Shown one piece after another: positions 37,101-50,037 of a stretch of 64,000 nt of DNA. Both the position numbers and the translations under genes were made by a program. Source of the stretch: Cyanophora paradoxa CCMP329 (Eukaryota; Plantae; Glaucophyta). How positions within the stretch are numbered: position 1 is the first letter of the stretch; every line of letters begins with the position of its first letter. The notes beneath the pieces are model-generated. The model was not told where the DNA came from and did not search any database. It worked only from the letters and a program-made list of their open reading frames with translations. The stretch covers positions 1 through 64,000 of the forward strand of contig QPMI01000017.1 of assembly GCA_004431415.1 (NCBI GenBank), written 5' to 3'.

Positions 37101-37184
37101 CCAGGCGGCCGCTCTGAAGGGTGCGCGCACTTGCGGTGCACTCAGATCGACCGCCAGGCCGCCAGCACCAGGCGAGCCTGCCAT
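34131..37184 (-). CDS. GRAM domain plus glycolipid-transfer-protein (GLTP-fold) fusion, multi-exon
   Basis: GRAM: KRLQATFKLPPDQ|VLRGEWGCSL...PGRI..LFPDYVAFKS...YLDVCRIKK...LFPCGIEL...YAFTGF. GLTP: REIAKIF|DKFGKALYIVKKDVVDK...WLCRLIEF...AYKEALKPFHPW...TPSRE. Long Pro-rich linker between them. Confidence 0.8.
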
Positions 37185-37503
37185 GCGCTGCGCCTTCGGG
37201 CCGCTTCGGTTCAGGGGTAGAGTGGTGCAACGGAAATCGGTTGTACCCCAAGGTCTGAGCTGAAAAAAAGCTTGCATGCGGATCGCTTATACGCACCGTA
37301 CCGTACGCGTCGACGCCGTGACCGATTCGTTGTCGACGTCTGGCGCAGTGCGCAATTGCATCACCAATTAATATTTGCATGCGCTAGCTGCCTGCGCAGG
37401 CTGCGCTGCTGCTGCGCACAGTGCGCAGCAGGCCCGCGCGCCACTGCGGCGTGCGCGCGCGGTGAGCAGCTGTAGATTTGCAGCTAGCCTAGGAGCTAAA
37501 GGC

Positions 37504-40500
37504 ATGGGGGCGTTCGGGAACTTCGGGCTGCAGCTGCTTGCAATTGTCTTGCCGCTGTACATGTGCGGCGTGCTCGTCCATGCGGCCTTGCCGGCACCCC
37601 ACCTGCCGCCGGGCGCCGACCCCAACGTCGTCGACCTTCCCTTCGGACAGTAGTGCGCACCGTACCTGTGTCTTCAATCTTCCCAATCCATCCGGCCAGG
37701 CCAAGGGCCCGGCCCGCGGCCGGCCCGCCGAAGCTTACCGAAGCGCTCGCGCATGCGCACCCCGCAGCGCCCACTGCGTGGGGAATTTGGGGAAAGCTGG
37801 AACCGGGGATCCCTATTCCGGGGTCGTTACCTTTGGTGCGTTTGCTGAGTTACGCCTGCAGCTGCAGCTGTTTACGTCCTTAAAGCTTGGATTGCAACTG
37901 GCCCTATATATAGCTAGCTGCAGCTGCCTTAAGCTTTTGCCTGGCCGTCCGAAGTCCTCACTGCGCCGTCGTCGTCGTCCATGGCCAGGTCCGGTTCAAG
38001 GCACGAACGCGAAGTTGGAGTATTCACGAACTCTCGGTTGGGACCAGGTATGCTCGCATATGCGTGCATGCGCATGTATGCAGGTGCTGATCGATTTCAT
38101 GACTTATTGCTCCAGTACAATGGCATTCTCTGGTATGGCACACGTGCGTTTTTATTGCAGTAATATTCATGATCATGCAGTAATATATATGCTCGTACGT
38201 ACGACATTTGTTGATGCATGAACCTTTCCGCAGATATGTACCTTTACGAGGTATATGCATATGAATTCTCGCTCGCGGAGCCCGGCCGCGGGACTGTAAC
38301 GCTGTGATTATTCGCATTCGACTTCATTCGCTTCGACCTCGGATTTCAATCTGCAGATAAATACAACGACGTGTACCATGACCAAAAAGCTTGGCAAAGC
38401 TGCGGAGGGAAACTACGATGGCGACAGCGACACCGCAATGTTTCAGTGCGTTGTAGCTACTACAAGCATTTGCTTTCAAAAATCTAATCGCTTGACCATC
38501 TGGCAGCTACCTGACCAATTTCGTGGGTGAACCTATATAGCTATAACTGAGAATCCCTTGATGATTATTTCATGATCGTCTTCATTGCTGCAGCGTTGCC
38601 AAGCAAGAAGGTCCTGCTAGGAGATGTTCGTGTGCTCCCTAGGCCTGCTTTTATAATTAGCTGACGGCCGCGTGCTGACATTCCGCAGCGCAACTGCCGC
38701 CGTGAGCACGCCCCATCAAAACAAGCTTGAAGTGCTCGCAACCACGCTTGCATTCTCCTAACTGGTACTATACTGGCGAGCAGTGCGCCTCTACGACCCG
38801 GTCACGAATGTCGTCTCTGCCTTCGACGGCCCGGCGCACAATCTGGGGCAGGTGGCGAACACGGCCTCATCCGTTATCGTCTCGTGCAGAAACGCGGCCA
38901 CGCTATCGCCTGCCAACACGGTCAGACGAGCACATCACGCCCGCCTCAAAAAACACACTAGGGCGAGCGGGCAGCACTCGGCAGGTCGGGCAGCCGCCTG
39001 TGCTGACCTCGGGGCGTATGCTTATGGGAGCCATCCGCGGTCTGGCATACTCTCTTGTGGAGGACCGCATCTTTGTCAGCTGGACGGGAAATGGAAATGA
39101 TCCCAGCCGCAATGACAAGCGCAGCGAGATCTGGAGCATGAGAACCGATGGTGATTAAATTCTTAAGAACTGCAAGCACGCCCAACTGTAGCTAAGCTCA
39201 TCATTTCTCACAGGAAGCGATGTCATTGTTGTGGGTACAAGAGATACCGCCGTGGACGCTGGTTCGTATAGTTCGGGCTCAGAGTGACTTACTTACGATC
39301 GTGACTTACGAGTGTCTTGTCTTAGGTTTGAATTTCTGGGCTATTGCGGCAGACCGTCAGTTTCCGTACCTATACGTCATGTCGGGATCGGGATTTTTGC
39401 ATAAGGTAAGGGTACTACCGCCCCCGCCTCCCCCTCCCCCCCTCCCCCCCCGCCCCCCTCCCACACACACACCCCTTTCCCTCCTCCCCGCGTGGCGCCC
39501 GCGAGAATCAGTATAAGATCTCTCCCGAACCCCGACCCCGTCTCGCTTCAGGTCTCGACAAGGGCGCCCTACACTGTCGAGTACATTGCAGGGAACGGAC
39601 AACAATATCACGAGGACATCGCCTTGATCCAGAGCGCAGCGTGCGTGCTCCGGTCGTGCTTTGCAGCTCAATCGAATTCGACTGTGCATGCGCAGTGTGG
39701 AGCAAACTCTTTTGGTCGCCCCCGGGTGGATGTATGCATCCGCGGCGGTAAAACCATCGCGCTTAAGTTGATCCAAGCACGCCGCAGCTACGAGCTGGAC
39801 AGCACTGGCAACGTGACCGGGACGAGGGTCTTGGACAAAGTGGCGCCCATCGACTTGTGCCCCAGTGTTGCCTCGTCCGGTGACTTCAGTGCCGAATGGT
39901 GCATGGACCTGGGGTTCATCGCTGCTCGGCCAGACGGTGCATTATTGCGTTGAACTGCTGATCATGAGCTTTGCGTTGCAGAGCTGTTTACTTTGGCCCG
40001 TCTCCGATCCGTGCCAGGTATTTTCTACACCGTTTGGAGCGGCGGGATATATGCTACAGGCCCGTACTCAAATGACGGGCGGGGGATATACGCGTTCAGG
40101 GCAGCGCCCGAGCTGTACCTTTCCTCTCCTCGCTTCCCTCGCTTCCTCCTCCTTAAGCCTGACAAGTCCTGCGGCCGGCTCCCTCTCCCAGGCGCCTACT
40201 CCCTCGCCGAGCCCCTCGCCCTCGCCCTCCCCCTCCCCCTCGCCCTCCCCCTCCGCCTTGCCGGCACCCCACCTGCCGCCGGGCGCCGACCCCAACGTCG
40301 CCGACCTTCCCGTCGGGCAGTAGTGCGCGCGGACCCCGCCTGTCCTCGGAACCGCTGGCCGTCCGCGTCCTGGAACTTACATATACGCCCCATGCAATTG
40401 TGCATGCAGTGCACATTGTGTGGGCAGCAGGACAGCTACTGGGGATATTCTCGACTATCAGGGTGTGCTAATCGCTGATCAGCCGCAGCTGCCCACAAAT

Positions 40501-43500
40501 GCAGCTGCAGCTGCAGCTGACCGTGAGCCTACCCTGCGCTCCCCGCGTAGAGAGCGCGCAGGGAACAAATGCTATTCTGGGGTGGTCGGCTAGCCTTCGT
40601 TACGACGAGGTGCAACATCTTACTACTTTTTTTTACTGCCCGCCTGCACATGCATATACACGGACTAACACCCGCATGCGCACTTGGTGTTACGTATAAT
40701 CAGTACAATCACGTTCTGTGGTACGCCACGGGTGCGCGCTCTTCTTCTGTGGTACGGCACGGGGTGCGGCGATATAAACGCTGATATGTATCGCTGCTTG
40801 TACGTATACTCCATAGCTTTGTACCTGCACAAGGTGAGACTGCAATCAATATCGCGAGCTTGAGCTCTTTTCTAGCGAATTAAAAGAAGTTACTCACAAG
40901 ACCTATGCGCACGGTTGCGAAGATCAACACGACAACGTGCACCGTGGAAAAGATGCTGGGCCAGCCACGAATCGGCAATGCCGATGGCGGCAGCTCCACT
41001 GCCGCGTTCCAGTACGCGTCGATAATGACTAATATTACTTTAATAATGTATATTGATCCAAATGATAATCTGACGCAAGACTTTTTTTACGGTCTTGTAA
41101 GCACAGTTGGATCAATGCATTTGCACGTAAGTTGCAGTTGTACGCGCACGTAATTTTATCACGCTTATATATATCTCTCTCGTGAAATCCGACAGCTCTT
41201 CCGAACAAGAAAGTCGTCCTTGGGGGAGTGCGTGCAATCGCTCGCCCCCCCGCTCCCCGCTTTTAAATTTAAACCTTTCACCGCAGAATCAATGCCGCCG
41301 TACGCCCGAGTTTGACACCGTTGATCTTGCATTTCATCGCTCATCAATATCATCACACGCATGCTCGATTAATCACCTGTGTAACCCATCGATTGCGACG
41401 GAACAGTACGCCTCTACGATCCTTCCACCAACACCATCGCTCCCTTTGATGGCCCGGAGCACAATTTGGGGCACCTGCCGACAGCAGGAGACTTCGACTC
41501 TTGTTGGCAAACATCCGTGGCCACCAACACCGTCAGTACTTTTCATTTCGAAGCTTGCAATTGCTTTTCGTGCACGCTCGCAGGCACGTAATTATACATG
41601 CGGCATCAGGTCGGGCAGCGGCCTTCGACCGCGACTGGGCGCATGATCATGGGTCGGATCCGCGGCCTCGCGTACTCTCCGTTGGATGACCGCCTCTACG
41701 TCTCTTTCGCTGCTTCGGACTTGGCGTGGACGAATCGATGGAGCGAGATCTGGAGCATGAACACCGACGGTGCTTGCTTGCAAGTGCACGTGAAGTGCAA
41801 ATACAATTGGATTATATTAATTACGCGTACTTGCATACGGACACAGGGAGCGACGTTCTGGTGCTGGCTACGAGACACATGACCCCGAACCCGGGCAATT
41901 TCACGTACGTCGATCTATACATCGGTGCAACATGTCGCGATGCGCATGCATATGCCTTCTGCGTCCACTCATTGCAATTGGCCCGCGGCCGTAAATGCAT
42001 GTGCAGAGTTCAGAGGCCTCGTGGCAGACAGGACGCAGCCGTATTTGTACTCACTCGCGGCAGACAAAGTCGTGTTCAAGGTATATAAATGCTTTCGATT
42101 ACTTGGCCGACTTGGACGACGACACGTGCTGCAGATCTCGACCCGGGCGCCATACACCATGCAAAAAATCGCGGGGCCCCTCAGTTCAGGCAGTCGTTAC
42201 ATCAGTGACTCTCCGCTTCACGGGGGAGATATTGTCTTAGTCCGAAGCCCCGAGTGCGCAGTTTTCGCTCTCGCAATCGATCCAATTATGCGCGTTCATA
42301 TGCCATGTAGTTTGTTGAATGGCCGTACGCAGGGAGCAAGACAGCAGGCTAATCATGCCCGTTCCGGGGGCAGAAAGATACTCGTGCGCGTGCTCTTAGA
42401 CGTACTCATGATCATGTTAGATTTCGTTATATGATTCGATATCGATTGAGTGATCATGATTATGACACCCGCAATCGCAGCAATGTGATGAGCTACGCAT
42501 ACACGTGCGTGAACGTGACGTGGCGGGAGATTAGATGTTAGAAAATGCCGTGTCGAGGCTCTTGATCGTAAACATGTGTGCATTTCTTTCGGCAGTTACG
42601 TGATGGACACAAATGGGAGCGCAATCGGATCCGGTCGGCTACTTCCGCATGCCCCCGACCTTTGTCCGAGCGTCGTCTCGTTCGACAACTGGGCAGCCGA
42701 TGGCTGCTGGTGCGTGTGCAAATCTTTGCATCTTCGAATTCCCCAGATCCCCAAAAAAAATTGATATTCATCTTTCAATATCCTCAGGAACGAGGGGTTT
42801 CTCACCGCTACGCCGGATGGTGCGCTCGATTGAAAAGATATTCTCTGATGTACTAATATCTTGTTTTAATTCCAATTTGCTTCAGGACTCGTTTACTCTC
42901 TCTGGGCTGTAGTGAAACCGAATGTGAACGCCCAGGGGGTCTATGCACAGGGCCTCTACGTCTACCGCGCGGTGCCCAAGGCGCCGGCAGTCGGCCAGAG
43001 CGCGTCCAGGTGCGCCGACATCGACACCTCGGTTGGCGTCGCCTGCGTGAAGCCGACGCCGAGCCCTCCCCCAGCCCGTCTCCGAGCGCAAGCCCCTCTC
43101 CGTCAGCCACCGCGAGCTCGAGCCCCTCCCCCTTCCCCTCACCCTCACCCTCTCCGTCCCCCTCACCCTCCCCCTCCTCCGCACCCTCCCCCTCCCCCTC
43201 ACCCTCACCCTCCCCCTCCCCCTCACCCTCTCCGTCCCCTCCCCTCCCCCTCTCCCTCCCCCTCCCCGTCATCCGCACCCTCCCCTCCCCTCCCCCTCCG
43301 GATCCCCGTCATCCGCACCCTCCCCGTCCCCGTCCCCGTCCCCCTCCCCTCCTCCGCACTCTCTTCCTCCCCTCCCCTCCCCCTCTCCCTCCCCTCCCCC
43401 TCCTCCTCTTCCTCCCCCTCCCCTCCCCCTCTCCCTCCCCTCCCCTCCTCCTCTTCCTCCCCTCTCCCTCCCCTCCCCCTCTCCCTCCCCTCCGGATCCT

Positions 43501-44698
43501 CCTACCCATCCCCTCTCCCTCTCCCTCCCCTCCCCTCCCCTCCCCCTTCCCTCCCCTCCCCTCCCCTCCCCCTCCCCTCCCCTCCGAATCCCCAGCCCCC
43601 TTCTCTTCCCCGAGCTTTTCGGCTGAAAGGGGCACCACACACCCCTCCCCAAGCCCGTTGGGGGGGACTGCTCCCACGCCAACCATCACGGCTGGCGTGA
43701 AGCTCCAGGGGCCGCCGTTCGTGCGCACCCCCAGATCTAAATGCACCCCATGGCCATCCCCGACCCCACCCCCACCCATCCCCCACACCCGCCCCCTCTC
43801 CTTACCTGCCTCTCCCCCCCAACGCTGTTCGACTGACCCTATGCCGGCAGAAAATCAAGCGAATCGATCGCGCACCCCAGGCCCGCCTTCACACCTCAAG
43901 AGCTTGGTCGTCATCGCGCTCGCTGACGGTGCGGGACGGGGGCAGGCGGGTGGGGAAATGAGCATCTTCGGCGAAGAATTCCCCTTCGGCAAGAACCTCA
44001 CCGTGCGCCCCGCGGCCCGCGCGCGCGCCGCCGGGGCCCGGCCGCGGCCCGACCCGCCCCGGGCCCGTTCTGACAGGTCGACATCGTGTCGGGGACCGCA
44101 CGCTGCCCAACCATCGACCCGCGCTTCGTCAGCGACGCCGAAATCCGCTTCAGTGCGCACGCACCCCGCGCCCCGTCCCTCGCATGCGTAGCCACCCCGC
44201 CACGCGCTGAGCCCCGGGCGCAGCGGTGCCGGCCGTCGCCTCGTGCGTGGCCCAGCAGCTGCATGCGCAGGCCACCCGCAAGCGCTCCCTCCTCGTGTGC
44301 ACGGATCCCGCCCACACTCTCCGCGGCCGCGCGCCCCACGCCCCCTCCGGGATCCAGCGCGACGCTCCGCACGCAGGGGGCGGCCTTCGCGCCGGGGGCG
44401 GCCTACGACCTCGAGTTCCGCAGCCCGAGCGGCGAGTTCGAGGCCTTCACCCTCCAAGGCGCCTTCGTCTGGCCCCCCGCGGCCGCCGGCGCCGGATCCG
44501 TCTCCGCTGCGTACATGTGCGCGCCGTCTAGATCTCGGGCCCCGCCGAGGGCCGGGGGAAACTGACCACCCCTGCGCATACAGGCCGTACATTATGATCA
44601 GCGGGGCGGAGCGCCTCGTGCCGTCCTTTCAGCTCGCGGGGCTTCTCGCCGCCTCCCTCTCGCTCGGCGCCGCCCTCGGCCGCCGCCTCGTCTTCTGA
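37504..44698 (+). CDS. Large cell-surface protein: signal peptide, two duplicated NHL/beta-propeller-like modules, (SP)n linkers, IPT/TIG-like domain, C-terminal hydrophobic anchor
   Basis: Signal MGAFGNFGLQLLAIVLPLYMCGVLVHA. Paired exons, e.g. GNYDGDSDTAMF / GNADGGSSTAAF and IRGLAYS...SEIWSM(R/N)TDG twice. Also GGEMSIFGEEF...FVSDAEIRF and C-terminal LAGLLAASLSLGAALGRRLVF*. The exon chain was not fully resolved. Confidence 0.7.
43065..43612 (+). repeat. Near-pure polypyrimidine (C/T) tract encoding an extensin-like (Ser-Pro)n linker; a shorter copy lies at about 40200-40255
   Basis: Degenerate (CCCTCC/CCCTCA)n, translating to SPSPSPSP with frame slips. Confidence 0.85.
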
Positions 44699-45485
44699 GG
44701 GGGCGGCGATCGCGAGATGCTCCGAAGGCGTCCTCGAAACGCCTCCAGCGCCTCTGCCTCTTGGGGCCGCGCCGCGGCGCGCGGGCCTACCTGGAAGAGA
44801 TGCAGCTCACGTGAATGCATGGCCAGAACGTTCCCGCCTCCCCTCCAATTACGCTTCCGATCCCGTTCCGTTTAATTCGATCGCGGGGCTCCCCGCCCGG
44901 CCGCCTGTCAACGGTCATTAAATGTAGTACGAGTTAACGTTCTAGTTGCAAATTCTAGAATTCAGTCCGGTTCCATCTTGTCGAGTTGCAGCACTCTTTT
45001 CTATTTTACTCGATTTTGCCTTCCACTTACTGATTACTGAATTGCTAGTTCTACGTACCACGTGATGCCAGCTAGTTATGCGAATGTTCGGAATTCGAAT
45101 TCATGATCAAGCTTCGAATTCGGGCCGCTAAAGCTTCGCCCTCGCCGAGTCGGTTCGTGGGGTAGAACTTCGAATCGAAATGATGCGGCAGAAATCGGTG
45201 CGCATGCATATGCGGTCTGATCCAATTGCAATGATCATCGGAAGCATGATGCAGCATATGCTGCGGTCTGATCATCGGAAGCTTGCGACGGCCGTAGGCT
45301 GTGTCACGGCGAAGCGCTCGCGCTTCGTACAATTTTTACTCTACGTACATATACTGGCTAAAGCGTTATACTATACGATAGAACATCTGTAAAGAACGGA
45401 AGCTCCATAAAAGATCCTGCAACGGGCTGCATGTACGGGCGTGTTTAGTGGCCATGGCTCCAGTCGCTTGCGCGACCGCCGAAGC

Positions 45486-47184
45486 TCAAGGGACCGGCCC
45501 TGCACGGGTCGGGGCAGGCGGGGCCGGGGGCCCCGGTCTGGGGGGCGCGGGGGGCGGGGGCAGCTCCTCGGGGAGGGCGGCGAGGGCGGCGTCGGGGGGC
45601 GCGGCGGCGAAGTCGAAGGGCGCCTCGGGCCGCTCGAGGAGCCACACGAGCCGCGGCCGCAGGCGCGCGCCCTCCGCCGGCCCGGCGCCGCCGGCCTCGG
45701 CAGCGCGGAAGGCGTGGGGATGCAGGTGCCAGGCGCCCGGCACGCGCCCATGCGGCTCGCCGCAGGAGGAGGCCTGGCCGCAGCGGCGGCAGGCGCGGGG
45801 CGGCGCGGGCGCGAAGCCGTCGGTCCGGCGGCGACGAGCGGCTCGAGGACGACGTCGCGGGCCTCCCGCGCAGCAGCAGCGCCCAGACGTGCACCTGCAC
45901 CAGCCGCAGCAGGCACGCCTGCACACGCGCGCCGGCGCCGCCAGTCAGTCGCGGCAGCGCGGCCTGGGAGGCGCGGGGGGGCGGGCGGGGTGGGGAGGAG
46001 TCACCTCGTCGACCTGGCGGAGGGAGAGGCGGTGGAGGGCGGCGGCCCCGGCGCGGGCCTCCTCGACGGCGGCGGCGAGCTCGAGCCCCGCGGGGCCCGG
46101 CGCCGGGGCCGGCGTCGGAGTCCGCGTCGGGCGGCCCGGCCTCGGCGAGGGCGAGCAGGACGCGCAGGTAGCGCCCAACGGCCGCCCGCGACTCCTCCCC
46201 CCCGGCCCCCTCCTCCCCCACCGCCAGCACCCGCCGCTGCGGCTGCGGCTGCGGCTGCGGCCCCTATGCCTCTGGCTGGTCCGCTGCGGGCCGGGGGCCG
46301 GCGCCGGCACCGGCTCCAGGAGCTGCAGGACGCGCTCCGCGACCCCGCGCTGCTTCGCCGTGACCCGCTCGCAGACCTCCAGCCGGTAGTGCTCCTGCAC
46401 CCCGCTCCGGATCCGCCGCGCCTGCTTCTTCGCCGCGCCGCTCGCGGGGCCCGGGCCGGAGTTCGCAATCGCGGGCGCCGGCCACGGCGGGTGGAGGATC
46501 TGGTAGACGTAGCTGCATCGATGCGGCACGACGACGGGGACGCTGTCGTGCTCGGAAGTCCAGGCTGCGAGCGCTAGCGGGGCGGGGTCGCGGAAGTAAG
46601 CGTCGATTCGCAACCCCAGCTAAAGCTTGCGGGGGCTGGGTCTCGCGTAGTTCATTCAGCGTGCCGGCGCCCCGAAAGAGGCGAACAGCTCTAGCGCTTC
46701 CTCAAGCGATCGCCTAGTGCTTCGTCACGCATGTGCACTTTCATGTCGGGGTCGCGCACCATACGGGCACTCGGATTGCCGCGCACAGCTCTCCAGGTAG
46801 AGCCTGCACCAACGAGCGCATGCTCGGAAAACCGAGCACGCTTCCTCGACTACCTCGTCCTCGATCAGCAAGCCAGACTTCCGATCAGCCCTCACGCGCA
46901 AGGCGAAGCGCGTCCAGAGGTCGAGGTCGGCCGGGTGGAGAGCCACGGAGCCGTCGAACGCGGCACCGGTACCGGGGCTCTCCACACGGGCCTCGACGTA
47001 CCCTCCCTGGCGGCTCAATGCTGGCTTAATGACGGCTTGCCGGCTTGACAATGAGTACCGGGTACCCGTCCAAATTCGCGCGAGAAGGCGACCTTAGCAA
47101 GAAGCGCGCAATTGCACGAGGCTGCCACGAGCCGGCCGTGCGCTTGCGAATCGAGGTTGCAATTGCTGGGCCCAATGCTGGCAT
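45486..47184 (-). CDS. Hypothetical protein, multi-exon
   Basis: Coding-like segments: GYVEARVESPG...DLDLWTRFALR; LRIDAYFRDPAPLALAAWTSEHD...YVYQILHPPWP; RLVWLLERPEAPFDF...VP*. Confidence 0.55.
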
Positions 47185-47320
47185 GAAGGCGGGCGCGCAG
47201 CAGAGCTAGCTACGCAGGAGCTCGAGGCGCCGTGTGCGCGCCACGCGCTGGCCAGCCGTTTCAGCGCTGGTCTGGGCCAGGACAGCGCTGGATTCTAAGA
47301 GCTGTGCTAGTTTTCGAGCG

Positions 47321-50037
47321 ATGCCTCCACACGAGCCCGTTAGCGGGCCGTATTCTGATCATCATCTGCTTGATCATGATTCCGCCGCGCCTCTTGCAAT
47401 AGACGCGAAGAGGCCGAGCTCGGGCCTGCGGCGTAAATCGGACCCGGGGCTCACGACGGTGGACTCGACAGGCGCGCGCGCGCGCGCGCCCCGCGCCCCG
47501 CGGAGGCCGGCGCCCGCTGACTCGACGGCAGGCCTCGCGTTCCTCCGCGCGGCTGCCTCGAAGCTCCTCGCGCGTGCCGGCGACGCCGGCACCATCCCGC
47601 GGACGGTCCGGCCGCGGCCGGCGGTGGCGCGAAACTTGGGTCCTCGCGCGCTGACGGGTGCGGGCTGACTGCAGGCGCTGGTGCGGGCGGCGCGGGAGGC
47701 GGCGGAGTTCGCGTCGGCGGAGGTGCCCGGGCGGGCGGCGGCGGCGGCGAAGAGCGTCCTCCTCTCCTTCGCCGAGGAGGCGGCGAGCGGGGCCGGGGGC
47801 GGGGAGGGCGGGCCGGGGGTGGACGCCCGCCGCTTCCTGGCGCACGCGGCGTGCCTGGTGTACCGGGACCGCTCGACCACGCCCCCGCCCCGCGCCGCCT
47901 TCGTCGAGTGGCTCTTCGCCCTCTACGACGCCGCCGGCGAGGGCCGAATCCGCCGCGTCCGTACCCCCCGCCCCCCCCCCCCCCCCAGGGAGGGACCTGA
48001 GCGGCCGGGCGCAGACGGACGCGGACGAGATCGCGCGGGGTCCGCGGAAGCAGGCGGCCGGCCACTACTCCGGCGACGGCACCGTCGTCCTCGGTGCTCC
48101 CCGCGCCCCGCCGGGCGGGCGCCTTGTCGCTTGCTCTAGAAATGGGTTTGCAGCGCTGCTGTACATTCTAAACAATCTAGATCTAATTTTGGGGCGCCCC
48201 GCTTTTAATTCGCTGAGGGCTGGCGGGGCGCAGCCCAGGTGCAGCGGCTCGTGGACAGCAACGTCGCCTGGGCCCGCCTCGAGGACGCCGGCGCGCACGG
48301 CCCCGGCCCCGCCCGCAGCCGCGGCGGGCCCGCGCCCGCGCCGCCGGCGGCCGCGCGGGGAACCCCGCCCCTCGCTTGGAGGCGACGAGGAGGAGGAGGA
48401 GGCGGGGGCGGGGCCGGCGGGCGAGGCGGATCCGCAGGAGGCTGCGCGGCCCGCCGAGGCCTCCTCCCCGGCCGGCGCCAAGCGGCCGCCGCGCCCGCGC
48501 AGGTGCCTCCCCGCTCCCGGCCCCAGCCCCGGCCCGCGGATCGCATTCCGAGTCGATCGCTGCGCAGCGCGACGTGGACGCCGGCGGCAGTGGCTGCGCA
48601 GCTCGCCGCGATGCGCGCCGCGGGCCGGCGGCCGTGGCGGCAGCCGCAGCCGCAGCGGACGCGGAGGAGGAGGCGGAGGCGCCGCTGCCCAGCGTCTGCG
48701 TGACGCGCTCGCGGCGGGCGGAGGAGGCGGCGGGGCGGGCGATGCGCTGTGGGCGAGGCGCGTGGAGGGACGCGAGGCGGGGGCGGCGGGGCGGCGGGGC
48801 GGGCGGCTGCTGAGCGCGACGCGCCTCGCGGCGGCGTTGGAGCGGCTCTGCGCGGCGCGGGCGCACCGGCCCTCCAGCGGCGCCGAGGGCGCCGCGCCCG
48901 AGGGCGAGCCCGGGGAGGGGCCCTTGCTCGAGTGGGCCGAGGACGCGGAGGGGCTAGAGGAGGACCTGGAGGAGCTGGAGCTCGCCGAGACCGGCCCCGC
49001 CCGCCCCGGTACCCCGGTGCGCCCCGCCCCGCCCCGCTTCGTTATTTTCCCGTGGCCTCGCTCCTGACTTCGCCCGGCAGCCGTCGGGGCGGCCGCGCGG
49101 GTCGGGGCCGGCCCCAGCGCCGAGCGCACGCCGGCGCCCTCGCCGCCCCCGCCGGCGGCGGCCGCCACCGCCCCGGCCTCCGTGTCGGAGTTCAAGCTCG
49201 AGATCGAGGTCCGCGCTTGCCTGCCTGGGCGCGCGCCCTCCGAGCCGAACTGAGCTGCGCCGCCGCGCCGCAGATCCCGGGCTCGCCCCTGAGCGCAGGG
49301 CTCCCTTCGAGCCCCGCGGGGCCCTTTGCCGCCGGCCCCGGGCGGTTCCTCTCCCTCTCGCCGGGGGGCCCCACCCCCGGGGGCCCCTCTCGCCGGCCCC
49401 GCCCCTCTCGCCCCTCGTCGGACGCCCCTCGCCGCGGCTCCCCTCCAGCGGGCCCCTGCGGCCCCTCCCGGGCTCATGTCCCCGCCGGCCAGCCAGCTCG
49501 CCCCCGCCCACTCGCCGCCCCCGCCGGCCTCTCGGGCGCCCGCACGCCGCCCTGCGCGCCCCTCGCGCCGGGGGCCATCAGCCCGGCGGCGCGCCCCTCG
49601 GACCCGCGCCTCTGGCGGATGACGTGCGCGCCGTGGGGCGCGCGGGGCGCGCGCTCGCCGGTGGGCGGGGCCGGGGCCAGCGCGCAGCTCGGGAGCCCGG
49701 GGAGAGCCCCGGCTCGAGCGTGCACGGGGCCTCCTCCATCTGGGCCGGCGGCTCCCACCACGGGCCCCTCCAGTCCGTGGAGCCGGCGCCGGCGCCCGGC
49801 CCCGCCCCGGACGCCCCCGCCCCTCTCCTGAGGCTTCGTTCGCCGAGGGCCTCCGCCGCGCCTCGGCGCCGGCCGCCGCCGCCCCGTCCCGGCCCCGCCC
49901 CGGGGCAGAAGCCGGCCGGCGGCCTCGCCCTCGCGTCGCTGCCCCACCGCCGCCTCGCCGCCGCCGCCGGGCCGCGCGGCCCCTCCCCGAGGTACCCGAC
50001 GGGCCCCGCGGCCCGCGCGCGCGTGGACGGCATTTAG
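47321..50037 (+). CDS. Hypothetical protein with a degenerate EF-hand-like segment and a low-complexity tail
   Basis: MPPHEPVSG...; VDARRFLAHAACLV...FVEWLFALYDAAGEGRI (EF-hand-like); ends ...RARVDGI*. Confidence 0.55.
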
